Below are positions 17,331-27,371 of a stretch of 54,961 bases of DNA, one piece after another. The notes under the pieces are model-generated. The model searched no databases. It had not been told where the DNA came from and saw only the letters and a program-made list of their open reading frames with translations. A program made the translations under genes and the position numbers. The stretch is from Clostridia bacterium. Its GTDB lineage: Bacteria; Bacillota; Clostridia; Christensenellales; Aristaeellaceae. Each line of letters starts with the position of its first letter. The stretch's first letter is position 1. Location of the stretch: NCBI GenBank assembly GCA_017433675.1, contig JAFRGU010000004.1, positions 1-54,961 on the forward strand, in the 5' to 3' direction.

Positions 17331-17397
17331 CCGCTTCATGCAACGAGCGGACATAGTGGCAGTTGAGAGAGAGAAAGTCGAAAGGGACAGAGGAACA

Positions 17398-19836
17398 ATG
17401 AAACGGACCAAAATCGGGCTGGCTTTATGTTTCCTGGCGGGGCTGGCGATGGTGCTGGCCGGGATCCAGGGACAGAAGGAACTGGCAGAATCCGGTTTTG
17501 GATCCGAAAACGGATACCAGGCGATCTACGCGCTGAGCGCGGACGTGGCGGAAGCCTGGGGAAGCCTGGAAACGGAGCTCGCCGAACTGAGCGGAGCGGA
17601 AAACACCGCGGCGGACTCGGCGGCGGAGGCCCTGCTGCAGGAGGCATGGAAGGGATCGAAAGAGAACCTGACAGAGATCCTAAACGGAGCGGGGAACCAG
17701 AAAAAAAGCACTACATGGAAGCTGCTGTACCTCCAGGAAACCCTCAACGGGCCGAAGGTTCCCAGCGCCGTGAAGAAAAGCATCAGCGGGATGAGTGCGG
17801 AGAACGGAAAAGCCTTCCGGCAGGCGCTGATCCGCAGCATGGGGGATGAAAGCCTGGGACTGCCCGCGGAGGCTGAAGCTGCGGCAGGCGGGCTGACGGG
17901 GCCGGAGCGCCGGGAGATGCTGGCGCAGCTGATCGTTACCAGCCAGAGCGCCGGGAACGCGGAATATACCGAGCATGTGAACCAGCTGAAGAAGAGCGTC
18001 CGCGGAAAGGAACTGCAGCGGACCGCCTTCCGGATGATTGCCGGGGGCGAAATCAACTGGATCAGGCAGATCATCATCGGGAACAGCCGGACAGTGATTC
18101 TCATCGGGGTTCTGCTAATGCTGGACACGCTTGTGCTGGCGTTGCTGATGCGGGCGGAACGGAACTGGCGGATGGACTTCAAGTGGATCATGATCCTGGG
18201 GATCGTGGATTTCCTGCTGGTTTTCCAGGTGCTTCCGGTGATCTACATGGTCATCCGGGCTTTCTGGCCGGAAGGGGAATTCAGCTTGACGACCGTTGAA
18301 CGGCTGTTCAGCTATCCGCTGAACTGGGAGGCACTGAAGAATACGCTGATCGCCTCCTTCGCGACGATGATTCTGGGCACCCTGATCGCCTTCCCCCTGG
18401 CCTGGCTGGTCGGAAGGACGAACCTGTACGGCAAGAAGTTTTTCCGGGCCCTGTTTGTACTGACCTACATGGTGCCTCCCTACGTGGGGGCGATGGCGTG
18501 GCTGCGGCTGATGAACCCGAATGTCGGGACCATCAACCAGTGGCTGCGGGTGATTTTCCATCTGAGCGACACGCCCGGGCCGCTGAACGTATATACCGTG
18601 CCGGGCATGATCTGGGTGCTGACCACCTTCTACTATCCCTACGCTTTCATTACGATCAGCCGGGCCATGGAGAAGATGGATCCCTCCCTCGAGGAAGCGA
18701 GCCGGATCAGCGGCGCTACGCCGGTGAAAACGATCTTCACCGTGACGCTGCCGATGATGACTCCCTCCCTGATCGCAGGCGCGCTGCTGGTGTTCATCAG
18801 CGCGGCGAGCTGCTACGGCATCCCGAGCATCATCGGGACGCCGGGCAATGTGAACACCGTGACAACCCGGATCGTCGAATATGTGGCGCTGGGTCAGCAG
18901 GGCCTGAACGACGCCACCGGACTGGCGATCTTCCTGATGGTTGTGGCGCTGGGGATCCTGTTCCTGAGCGACGTGGTGCTGGCGAAAAAGCAGTACATCA
19001 CGGTGAGCGGGAAATCCGTACAGCCGGCCATCGTGGACCTGCGGGGATGGCGGACACCGCTGACGATTCTGGTGAGCCTGTTCGCGGGAATCATGGTTCT
19101 GCTGCCTTTTGCCACGATCCTGACAACAAGCTTCAAGATCGACATCGGCAAGAGCATGCTGGCTGAAGGCAACTTCACGACCGCGAACTGGACATCCATC
19201 TTCTCCCGGGGAGAGACGATCAGCTGCCTGAAGAACAGCCTGATTTTTGCGGCGGTGGCGGCGACCGTGGGACTGATCATCGCCTGCGTGATGAGCTATC
19301 TGCTGCAGCGGACCCGGATCCGGGGACGGACAATCCCCAACTTCCTGATCACTCTGGGGAGCGGGACGCCCTCTGTGGTCATCGCGCTGGGGCTGATCAT
19401 GACCATGCGGGGGAATTTCGGGGTCAACATCTACAACACGGCTTACATCCTGATTATTGCCTACCTGATCAAGTACCTGATGATGGGGATGCGGACGGTG
19501 GTATCGGCGATGAGCCAGATCCATGTATCGCTGGAGGAATGCAGCCAGGTGAGCGGGGCCAGCTGGCTGCGGACAATGTTCCGGATTACGGGGCCGCTGA
19601 TCTTTCCCTCCATCGCGGCGGGGTGGTTCCTGATCTTCATTCCCAGCTTTTACGAGCTGTCGATGACGACGCTGCTGTATTCCAGCACGACGAAGACGAT
19701 CGGATACCAGTTGTATGAATACTGGACGTTTACGAGCCAGCCCATGAGCTGCGCGATGGCCTTCGGGATTCTGCTGATCGTGATCGGGCTGAATTTCGTG
19801 CTGAACAGGCTGACCAAAGGAGAGTTTTCGATATAA
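17398..19836 (+). CDS. FbpB/AfuB-type fused ABC permease with a long N-terminal extension
   Basis: Two EAA loops (SLEEASRISGA, SLEECSQVSGA), PPYVGAMAW, many TM helices; about 250 extra N-terminal residues. Confidence 0.9.
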   Translation: MKRTKIGLALCFLAGLAMVLAGIQGQKELAESGFGSENGYQAIYALSADVAEAWGSLETELAELSGAENTAADSAAEALLQEAWKGSKENLTEILNGAGNQKKSTTWKLLYLQETLNGPKVPSAVKKSISGMSAENGKAFRQALIRSMGDESLGLPAEAEAAAGGLTGPERREMLAQLIVTSQSAGNAEYTEHVNQLKKSVRGKELQRTAFRMIAGGEINWIRQIIIGNSRTVILIGVLLMLDTLVLALLMRAERNWRMDFKWIMILGIVDFLLVFQVLPVIYMVIRAFWPEGEFSLTTVERLFSYPLNWEALKNTLIASFATMILGTLIAFPLAWLVGRTNLYGKKFFRALFVLTYMVPPYVGAMAWLRLMNPNVGTINQWLRVIFHLSDTPGPLNVYTVPGMIWVLTTFYYPYAFITISRAMEKMDPSLEEASRISGATPVKTIFTVTLPMMTPSLIAGALLVFISAASCYGIPSIIGTPGNVNTVTTRIVEYVALGQQGLNDATGLAIFLMVVALGILFLSDVVLAKKQYITVSGKSVQPAIVDLRGWRTPLTILVSLFAGIMVLLPFATILTTSFKIDIGKSMLAEGNFTTANWTSIFSRGETISCLKNSLIFAAVAATVGLIIACVMSYLLQRTRIRGRTIPNFLITLGSGTPSVVIALGLIMTMRGNFGVNIYNTAYILIIAYLIKYLMMGMRTVVSAMSQIHVSLEECSQVSGASWLRTMFRITGPLIFPSIAAGWFLIFIPSFYELSMTTLLYSSTTKTIGYQLYEYWTFTSQPMSCAMAFGILLIVIGLNFVLNRLTKGEFSI

Positions 19837-19862
19837 AACCTCAGGATGAAAGGACGTAAGGG

Positions 19863-20936
19863 ATGGCGACGGTAACGATCCGGCATGTGACGAAGTGTTT
19901 CGGAGAGAATACGGTGCTGAAGGACTTCGACGCCGTGTTCGGGGACGGGGAGTTCATTACCCTGCTCGGTCCTTCGGGATGCGGAAAAACGACCATGCTG
20001 CGCATGATCGCGGGATTCGAGAAGCCCAGCTCCGGAGAGCTGTACATCGACGAACAGCTGGTTTCCGGCGGGAAAACCTTCGTACCGCCGGAAAAGCGGG
20101 GCGTGGGGATGGTCTTCCAGAGCTACGCCGTATGGCCCCATATGAACGTTTTCGAAAACGTAGCGTATCCGCTGCGGATCCAGAAAAAAAGCAAGGAACA
20201 GATCCGGGAGGCGGTGGAGCGGGTCCTGGAAATCGTCCATCTGACCCCCTACGCGGAGCGGCTGCCCAATCAGATGAGCGGCGGACAGCAGCAGCGGGTG
20301 GCGCTGGCCCGGGCCCTGGTGGCGGAGCCGAAGCTGCTGCTGCTGGACGAGCCGCTGAGCAATCTGGACGCCAAGCTGCGGGAGACGATGCGCTTCGAGA
20401 TCAAGGAGATTCAGAAGCGGACGGGCATCACGGTGGTTTACGTGACCCATGACCAGACCGAAGCCATGGCCATGAGCGACCGGATCTTCGTGATCAACCG
20501 AGGCGCGGTTCAGCAGGAGGGGACGCCGCAGGAAATTTACAACCGGCCGTCGAATCCTTTTGTGGCCGATTTTCTGGGGAAGGTGGACTTCTTCCGGGGA
20601 GAGGCCGGGAACGGACGGATCGTTTTTCCGAAGATGGGCGGTCAGAGCCTGCCCTGGAACGGGACGCTCACCGGGAAGGTGCTGGCCGCCATCCGGCCGG
20701 AAAACTTCTGTTTTTCAGCGGAGGGAGGTCTGAAAGGCCAGCTGGAAACCCAGTACTATCTCGGAGATGTCAACGACTGCCGGGTGCGGATCGGGGAAAC
20801 GAGGGTACGGGTCATCACCGGCGGATATCTGTACGGAGAAATGAAAACGGGACAGGAGGTGGCTTTGCAGGCCCGGGAGATGATGGTTTTTCCGGACGAC
20901 GGAACGCTGGAGGAGATGCTGACCATTCAGACCTGA
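19863..20936 (+). CDS. FbpC/PotA-type ABC ATP-binding protein
   Basis: [43 protein letters not shown]; TOBE-like C-terminus. Confidence 0.95.
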   Translation: MATVTIRHVTKCFGENTVLKDFDAVFGDGEFITLLGPSGCGKTTMLRMIAGFEKPSSGELYIDEQLVSGGKTFVPPEKRGVGMVFQSYAVWPHMNVFENVAYPLRIQKKSKEQIREAVERVLEIVHLTPYAERLPNQMSGGQQQRVALARALVAEPKLLLLDEPLSNLDAKLRETMRFEIKEIQKRTGITVVYVTHDQTEAMAMSDRIFVINRGAVQQEGTPQEIYNRPSNPFVADFLGKVDFFRGEAGNGRIVFPKMGGQSLPWNGTLTGKVLAAIRPENFCFSAEGGLKGQLETQYYLGDVNDCRVRIGETRVRVITGGYLYGEMKTGQEVALQAREMMVFPDDGTLEEMLTIQT

Positions 20937-21138
20937 GGAAACCACCGCCCGGCGGGCGGAAGGACCCGGCTGCCAGAGGATAGCGGAGCGGAGTCCGGAA
21001 AAAGGAACAAAAAAATCTGAAAAACCTGAAAAAGCAATAGCCAAAACGTCTTTGATTCCCGTATCAACATGTACAGGAACACAGAAACCTGTATGTAAGA
21101 ATGCGTGAAAGACGCGGAAGGGAATGAGGCAAAACACC

Positions 21139-21405
21139 ATGGAAAGCAGACTGAAGGCACTGTTTGATTATCAGAAGTTTGAGGGGAACAACGATCTGCA
21201 GCGGATCATCGACGCAACCCACGCGCGCTACGGCATCGGGAAAAAAAACGGCAGGGTGCGTGAGCTGACAATGGACGAGCTGGATTACGTGGCAGCGGCG
21301 GGTTCACCCTACGAGGAGAAAAACGATGAACTCACTCGAAATGGAACGCATCTACGCGACCTACTCGGGCAAGGTGATGGGGTATCTCCGAGCCAGAATT
21401 CATAG
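21139..21405 (+). CDS. Small protein upstream of ECF sigma factor, with a leader-peptide-like ELxxDELxxVAAAG motif
   Basis: GAGG RBS; MESRLKALFDYQKFEGNNDLQRIID...RELTMDELDYVAAAG; overlaps the sigma gene by 80 nt. Confidence 0.65.
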   Translation: MESRLKALFDYQKFEGNNDLQRIIDATHARYGIGKKNGRVRELTMDELDYVAAAGSPYEEKNDELTRNGTHLRDLLGQGDGVSPSQNS

Positions 21406-21805
21406 CACGGCCGAGGCGGAGGACATCTGCTCGGAAGTGTTCGAGAAGGTCATGCGGAAGATCGACGACTACGATCAGACCAAGGCGGCCGTCGGGACGT
21501 GGGTTTTTTCCATCACCCGAAATACGCTGATCGACCACTACCGGAAGAAGCGTCCCACCGAGGAGCTGGATGAGAATCTGAAGGACGACACGGAGCTGGA
21601 CGAAAGCCTGCTGACGAATGAAACGCTGAGCGAACTGGCTGCAGCGCTGCAGCGGCTGCCCGAACAGCTGCGGGATATCGTGGTGCTGCGGTACTACGAT
21701 GGAAAGCCCCTGACGGAGATCGCCGAGATGATGGGGCTGAGCTACGGCGCGGTGAAGCTGCGGCACCAGAACGCACTGATGCTGCTGCGGGAACGGATGG
21801 CATGA
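21326..21805 (+). CDS. ECF-type RNA polymerase sigma-70 factor
   Basis: Region 2 (AEDICSEVF...TWVFSITRNTLIDHYRK) and region 4 (LPEQLRDIVVLRYYDGKPLTEIAEMMGLSYGAVK); GAGGAG RBS. Confidence 0.93.
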   Translation: MNSLEMERIYATYSGKVMGYLRARIHSTAEAEDICSEVFEKVMRKIDDYDQTKAAVGTWVFSITRNTLIDHYRKKRPTEELDENLKDDTELDESLLTNETLSELAAALQRLPEQLRDIVVLRYYDGKPLTEIAEMMGLSYGAVKLRHQNALMLLRERMA

Positions 21806-21880
21806 ACGGATCCTGTCCGGAATATTCCTGCCGACACCGGGGCTCAAACGGAAGAACGGACACAAGGAGGCTGAAGGAAC

Positions 21881-23674
21881 ATGAAAAAAGTGCTGGTTTC
21901 CCTGATGCTGATTCTGGCAGTACTCTGCCTGAGCCTGCCGGGAATGGCAGAGGGAGACAAAGTGACGCTGGAGGTCAACACGGCGAAGCTGCCGCTGCAT
22001 GACGCCGCGGATCCCGCGATCGCCGGGCTGCTGAAGGCCGGCGGAGAGGCAGAAGGGCTGCCGGTGCTGGTGCTTCCGGTCAGGAAGAGCCTGGACCTGA
22101 AGGCAACCGTGATGCCGAAGAGCGTGAAGAACAAGAAGGTGATCCTGACGGCAGAGGATGATACCGTGATCCGCGTGGGCGGAAACCGGATCACGGGGCT
22201 GAATGCCGGGGAAACCGTCGTGACCGTGGCCAGCGTCGCGGATCCTGAAGCCCAGGTCAAGTACCGGGTGCTGGTGGTGAAGCCGGTGAGCCGCATGAGC
22301 GTGACCGCTCCGGTGAAGACCGTGGCCGTCGGTGAAACAATTTCTCTCAGCGCGGCGATCGAGCCGGCGGACGCTTCCATCCGGGAGGTCACCTGGAGCA
22401 GCGCCGACGAGAAGCTGGCCACCGTGGACGAAAACGGGAACGTGACCGGCGTGAAGCGGGGAACCGCGCGCATCGTGACGATGGCGAAGGACGGGAGCAA
22501 CATCCGGGCCAATATCAGCATCAAGGTGACCCAGAGCGTGACGGAGATCACGCTGGACAAGCCGGAAATGAGCGTGGCCGCCGGGAAGAACACGGTGCTG
22601 AAGGCGACCGTGCTGCCGAAGGACGCGGACGATAAAAAGGTGATCTGGTCCTCCTCCGACGAGCGCATCGCGAAGGTCAACAATCAGGGCCGGGTCTCCG
22701 GCGTGGCGCTGGGCGACTGCGAGATCATCTGCACCAGCCTGAGCAACGGCGAGGTGCAGGCGAAGGCGACCGTCCACGTGCTGCAGCCGGTGAAGAGCGT
22801 CAAATTCAACGACGCGCCGGTCATCTATGCCGGAGAGAGCGGCCAGCTGAGCTGGGTGATCGAACCGGCCGACGCCAGCAACCAGAAGCTGGATTTCACC
22901 AGCGGGAACAAGAAGATCCTGCAGGTGAACGCGGACGGAACGGTCACCGGCCTGAAGGCCGGCGAGACCTTCGTCAATGCCATGACCACGGACGGTACGA
23001 ACCGCCGCGCCCGGGTGAAGGTCAGAATTCTGCAGCATGTGGAAGGCGTCCATATGAAGCGGAATACCGCCTATATCAGCCGGGGCGAGACCGCCACCAC
23101 AGGAGCGGAGCTGGAGCCGAAGGACGCCAGCAACAAGAACATGACCTGGGAGAGCGCGGATCCCTCCGTCGCCACGGTGGCAAGCGTCAAGAAACAGGGG
23201 AACCGGGTTAAGATCACCGGCGTCAGCAACGGGGACACCACCGTGACCGGAACGACGGAGGAAGGCGGTTTCCAGACCTCCATCCGCGTCCGGATCGGAG
23301 ACTGGGATCACGCGCTGAAGCTGACCGAAGCCCATGTGGAGGGCGCGGACCAGATCCTGACGGTGAAAAACGTCAGCGATCTGCGGATCACCAGCATCAC
23401 GGCCGAGGTTACGGTATACGACGCGGACGGAAATCAGGTGCCCTGCAACAGCAAGGACGGCAGCTGCACCTTCAGGATGACCTACCGGAAGACGCTGTCG
23501 CCCGGCGCGTCCACGAGGGAAAAGGACTGGAAGTACGTGGACTTCAAACTGCCGGACAGCCTGACGGTCAGCACATATGAGGTGCGGGTCACCCAGTACC
23601 AGATCGACGGCGACTGGGTGAAGACGATCCGGAAGAAATACCAGCCCACGAAGAAATGCCCGGTGCACATTTGA
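21881..23674 (+). CDS. Exported protein with about five bacterial Ig-like (Big_2) repeats
   Basis: Signal peptide; repeated P-x-D/N-A-S...W-x-S-x-D...ATVD...G-x-V-T-G motifs, for example PADASIREVTWSSADEKLATVDENGNVTGVKRG. Confidence 0.88.
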   Translation: MKKVLVSLMLILAVLCLSLPGMAEGDKVTLEVNTAKLPLHDAADPAIAGLLKAGGEAEGLPVLVLPVRKSLDLKATVMPKSVKNKKVILTAEDDTVIRVGGNRITGLNAGETVVTVASVADPEAQVKYRVLVVKPVSRMSVTAPVKTVAVGETISLSAAIEPADASIREVTWSSADEKLATVDENGNVTGVKRGTARIVTMAKDGSNIRANISIKVTQSVTEITLDKPEMSVAAGKNTVLKATVLPKDADDKKVIWSSSDERIAKVNNQGRVSGVALGDCEIICTSLSNGEVQAKATVHVLQPVKSVKFNDAPVIYAGESGQLSWVIEPADASNQKLDFTSGNKKILQVNADGTVTGLKAGETFVNAMTTDGTNRRARVKVRILQHVEGVHMKRNTAYISRGETATTGAELEPKDASNKNMTWESADPSVATVASVKKQGNRVKITGVSNGDTTVTGTTEEGGFQTSIRVRIGDWDHALKLTEAHVEGADQILTVKNVSDLRITSITAEVTVYDADGNQVPCNSKDGSCTFRMTYRKTLSPGASTREKDWKYVDFKLPDSLTVSTYEVRVTQYQIDGDWVKTIRKKYQPTKKCPVHI

Positions 23675-23698
23675 CGAGAATAAGGAGGTCGAGATTTC

Positions 23699-24337
23699 AT
23701 GAAAAAGTTTGTTTGCCTGGCGCTGGCAGTGCTGCTGGCCATGACGGGGCTGATGACCGCCGCCTTTGCGTATGACGATTCGCCGTCCGAGAGCGCCGGA
23801 TACTACTATGTTTACACAGAAAACGGGAAAACCCTGAACGTGCGGGACACGCCCGGCGGCAAGGTGGTCGGCCACCTGAAATACGGCGATCGGATCTACT
23901 GCTACTACAAGGATGGCGGAAACGGCTGGGCGCTGATTGACTATGATTACGATATGCCCGGCGTCGGCAAGGGAACCTATGCCTGCTATATCTCCAGCCG
24001 CTTCCTGGTCAAGAACAAGCCGGCTCCCCGGCCCAAGAAGACCGACACCACCGCGGCGGTCACCAGCGAGCCCCCGGTTGAGGACACCCTGGCGGAAATC
24101 AACGCGGAATTCGCCAGTGCGAAAAAGGTGACGCCCTTCAAGGTCACTGTCCGGCCGACCCGGGCCAGCGGATGGGTCAACCTGCGCTGGGCTCCCAGCA
24201 AGAGCGCGTCTCTGATCGCCACCTATCCGGCGAATTCCCAGCTGCTGGTCATCAAGGAGACCACAAACTGGTTCCAGGTTGAAGACCAGGATACCGGAGA
24301 CGTGGGCTTCATCAGCAAACAGTTTGTGTCTGAATAA
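23699..24337 (+). CDS. Exported protein with two bacterial SH3 domains
   Basis: Signal peptide ending AFA; LNVRDTPG...GWALI...YISSRFL and VNLRWAPS...NWFQV...GFISKQFV. Confidence 0.85.
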   Translation: MKKFVCLALAVLLAMTGLMTAAFAYDDSPSESAGYYYVYTENGKTLNVRDTPGGKVVGHLKYGDRIYCYYKDGGNGWALIDYDYDMPGVGKGTYACYISSRFLVKNKPAPRPKKTDTTAAVTSEPPVEDTLAEINAEFASAKKVTPFKVTVRPTRASGWVNLRWAPSKSASLIATYPANSQLLVIKETTNWFQVEDQDTGDVGFISKQFVSE

Positions 24338-24367
24338 GAAACGGAGCACAGGAAGGAGACCGGCAAA

Positions 24368-25465
24368 ATGAAAAAAATCATTGCAATTATCATGAGCCTG
24401 GCGCTGCTGCTGGGATGCTGCGGAGCCGTGGCGGCGGAGGAAAACGGAAAGCTCAGTCTGGGCACCATCAGCATTAACGGTGCTTTCAACCTGCAGTGCG
24501 GCCTGCCGGAGGGGTATCGGATCCAGCCGATCAAGATGACCCGGGAACAGATCCTGGCGGTGCTGGTTTCAGACGTGCCGGAAAACCCGGTGATGCAGCT
24601 GTCCGTGGCCTTTGACGAAACCTACTCCGACGTGGACCGGATGAACGATCTGGACGAAGAAACTTTTGCGCTGCTGGAAAAAACGTTTACGGACGTTGAT
24701 CCCACCGTGGAGATCACCTACGGCGATACGGGACTGGGGACCCGGCTGCTGATTGCCATACAGCTGGAAGGTTCCTTCCACTATATCGATTTCCTGAGCA
24801 TATACAAGGGATACTTCATCGAGTTCGCGATGGTGCCTTCCCAGACCGCTGCGGACAAGACCCTGACGGAGGAACAGATGCGGATGTGCATTGACTTCCT
24901 GACGGATCTGGACTTCGTGCCGGTGAACGAAGCGGCGATGATGAGCCATCCCTCCGTGGCCGGGCTGAGCTACATTGCCAACCTGAGCGACTATGATCCG
25001 GAGACGAATACCCTGCGTGCCGTGCTGCGTCATACCGTGACCATGACCCCCGAAGAGGCGGCGGCCCTGAAGGTGGGGGATACCCTGGAGCTGGGCGATC
25101 AGAGCATCCATATCGAGACCCTTGAGAAGGACGAAGACGGATGGATCATGATCAATGACGACGTGAGCCTGCGGCAGTACGGGGATCGCGTACATATCTA
25201 TCTTTACGAGGCGGAATACCTCGAGGATATGGCCGAGATGCGGCTGGAAGTGCCGGAGAACCTGGTCTTCCTGGATGACATCGATCCGGCAACCGGCGAG
25301 ATGCTGGAAGAGACCACGACCCATACAGCCGCGGAATTCATCGCGATGCTGCGCGGCGAGAAAAATCCGGAGGATCCCGGGTTTGCGAGCGACAATACGC
25401 GGGTCAGCTTCGATGAGAATGAGCATATGACACTGGTGCAGCGTGAATACGTGCCGTGGCAGTAA
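24368..25465 (+). CDS. Exported acidic hypothetical protein
   Basis: AGGAG RBS, signal peptide MKKIIAIIMSLALLLGCCGAVAA, host-like codon usage; no family recognised. Confidence 0.8.
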   Translation: MKKIIAIIMSLALLLGCCGAVAAEENGKLSLGTISINGAFNLQCGLPEGYRIQPIKMTREQILAVLVSDVPENPVMQLSVAFDETYSDVDRMNDLDEETFALLEKTFTDVDPTVEITYGDTGLGTRLLIAIQLEGSFHYIDFLSIYKGYFIEFAMVPSQTAADKTLTEEQMRMCIDFLTDLDFVPVNEAAMMSHPSVAGLSYIANLSDYDPETNTLRAVLRHTVTMTPEEAAALKVGDTLELGDQSIHIETLEKDEDGWIMINDDVSLRQYGDRVHIYLYEAEYLEDMAEMRLEVPENLVFLDDIDPATGEMLEETTTHTAAEFIAMLRGEKNPEDPGFASDNTRVSFDENEHMTLVQREYVPWQ

Positions 25466-25501
25466 GCCCCAGCAGTGAAAAGCCAATCCAGCAGAACCAA
25501 T

Positions 25502-25532
25502 AAAAAAGCCCCTCTTCCGTACGGAAGAGGGG
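25502..25532 (-). terminator. Intrinsic terminator between convergent genes
   Basis: CCCCTCTTCC-GTAC-GGAAGAGGGG hairpin (25509-25532) with A6 at 25502-25507, which is a U-tract on the minus strand. Confidence 0.8.
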
Positions 25533-25545
25533 TACTTGCATTTCT

Positions 25546-27153
25546 TCACTGCATCAGGGCATCAATTTTCTTCTTCAGCTTCCGCAGATCGCCGTTGGCA
25601 TGCCCCTCCAGGGAGCGGGCGTAGGTGAGGAGCGCTTCGGCAGAGGCGAGGAGCTGCTGATAATCCTGGTTTTCCGACGGACGCTTTTTTGGCTCCGCGG
25701 CGGCTTTCTTCCCGGCCTTCAGAACCGGCATGGCCAGGCGGATCCATTCTCCCCTGAGCAGATCAAAGGAGGAGCCGGAGAACGGCGCGTCCGCAGGAAG
25801 GCCCAGACGGTCCGCAATCAGGCCGGAAAGGCATTCGCAGTTTTCGTCATCCCCATGATTCACGAAGACCCGGGCGGGTTTCCGTTCCATGGCTTCCAGC
25901 CAGCGCAGCAGACCCGCCTGATCCGCATGGCCGGAGACGCCGTTCAGCAGATCAATTTCGGCCTTCACCTCAATCTCCTCCCCGAGGATCTTCACGTGCT
26001 TCGCGCCGTCGTAGATGATCCGGCCCAGGGTACCGTTTGCCTGATAGCCGACGAAGAGGAGCGTATTGGCGGCATTCCAGATATTATGCTTCAGGTGATG
26101 CCGGATCCGGCCCCCCTCGCACATGCCGCCGGAGGCGATGATCACCTTCGGCTCGGAATTCTGATTCAGCGCCTTGGATTCCTCAGCGGAGACGATCGTC
26201 TGCAGCCCGTCAAACCAGATCGGGTTTTCCCCCTCCCGCATAATGGACAGGGCTTCCTCGTCCAGACAGTCCATGCCGCACTGGAGGAAAATGGCGGTAG
26301 CCTCATTGGAGAGCGGTGAATCCACATAGACCGGGAACGTGGGAAACTCCGGCAGCAGATTCCGCATTTTGATCTCCCGGAAGAAATACAGCAGCTCCTG
26401 GGTCCGGCCGACCGCGAAGGAGGGAATAATTACCGTCCCCCCGCGGGCAAAGGTCTTCCGCAAAACTTCCGTGAGCATCGGAACCGGATTGGTGGAGCGG
26501 TCGTGGAGGCGGCTGCCGTAGGTGGATTCGATCATCACATAGTCCGCGCCGGCGACCGGGCAGGGATCTTTGATGATGGGCTGGTCCGTGTTTCCCACAT
26601 CGCCGCTGAATACCATGGTCACCTGCTGACCCTGCTCCGAAAGGAAGCATTCGACCGCGGCGGAGCCCAGAAGATGGCCGGCATCGGTAAAGCGGACGGA
26701 CAGACCTTCATCCACCTGGATGATTTCCCCATAGGAACAGGGGCGGAAGAGCCGCATGGCTTTTTCAGCGTCTTCGGCCGTATAAAGCGGTTCGACCGCT
26801 TCCTTCCCGACCCGAAGATTCTTCTTTGTCTCATATTCCGCATCCTTCTCCTGGATGGATGCACTGTCGGCCAGCATGATGGCGCAGAGGTTCGCTGTTT
26901 CCGCGGTGGCGTAGATCTTTCCCCGGAACCCCTGACGGACCAGCAGGGGAAGCATGCCCGAGTGATCGATATGGGCGTGAGTCAGGAGCACATATTCAAT
27001 CTGCGACGGGGAGACGGGACACTCCGCGCATTCATAGTCATTATCCCCCTGGATCATGCCGTCATCCACCAGAAGATAACGGCCTTCATTCCATTCCAGC
27101 AGGGTGCGGCTTCCGGTGACTTCGTGGTTTGCGCCGAGGAAAGTAAGTTTCAA
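25546..27153 (-). CDS. MBL-fold beta-CASP ribonuclease (CPSF/TTHA0252-like)
   Basis: LTHAHIDHSG, DAGHLLGS, FSGDVG, ESTYG, SFAVGRTQE, SGHAD, VNHGD; TTG start with GGAGGAG RBS. Confidence 0.92.
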   Translation of the reverse strand: MKLTFLGANHEVTGSRTLLEWNEGRYLLVDDGMIQGDNDYECAECPVSPSQIEYVLLTHAHIDHSGMLPLLVRQGFRGKIYATAETANLCAIMLADSASIQEKDAEYETKKNLRVGKEAVEPLYTAEDAEKAMRLFRPCSYGEIIQVDEGLSVRFTDAGHLLGSAAVECFLSEQGQQVTMVFSGDVGNTDQPIIKDPCPVAGADYVMIESTYGSRLHDRSTNPVPMLTEVLRKTFARGGTVIIPSFAVGRTQELLYFFREIKMRNLLPEFPTFPVYVDSPLSNEATAIFLQCGMDCLDEEALSIMREGENPIWFDGLQTIVSAEESKALNQNSEPKVIIASGGMCEGGRIRHHLKHNIWNAANTLLFVGYQANGTLGRIIYDGAKHVKILGEEIEVKAEIDLLNGVSGHADQAGLLRWLEAMERKPARVFVNHGDDENCECLSGLIADRLGLPADAPFSGSSFDLLRGEWIRLAMPVLKAGKKAAAEPKKRPSENQDYQQLLASAEALLTYARSLEGHANGDLRKLKKKIDALMQ

Positions 27154-27261
27154 GGCAGACTCCTCCTTCGGGAGTTATTCCATTGGTATCTGCATTTTAC
27201 CATGAAAATGGGCGTTTGGGTAGCCCTGCGGGAAGGCCGGACATTTGTATCATAATTTGTT

Positions 27262-27290
27262 TTGATTTTTTTACAGAAGTGTGATAAAAT
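27262..27290 (+). promoter_or_regulatory. Putative extended -10 sigma-A promoter
   Basis: TTGATT (27262-27267), 17 bp, TG-n-TAAAAT (27285-27290). Confidence 0.5.
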
Positions 27291-27371
27291 TAATCGAGTA
27301 TCGACTACATGGCTTTCCTTTCCGGCTTGGAGGGAAAGTCCGCGACCCCGGGAAAAGGGAGGAATAACAGC

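Noticed and set aside
21332-24349. 1005-aa minus-strand ORF
   Set aside because: Antisense shadow of three well-supported plus-strand genes; high-GC codon bias explains the lack of stops; no recognisable motifs.
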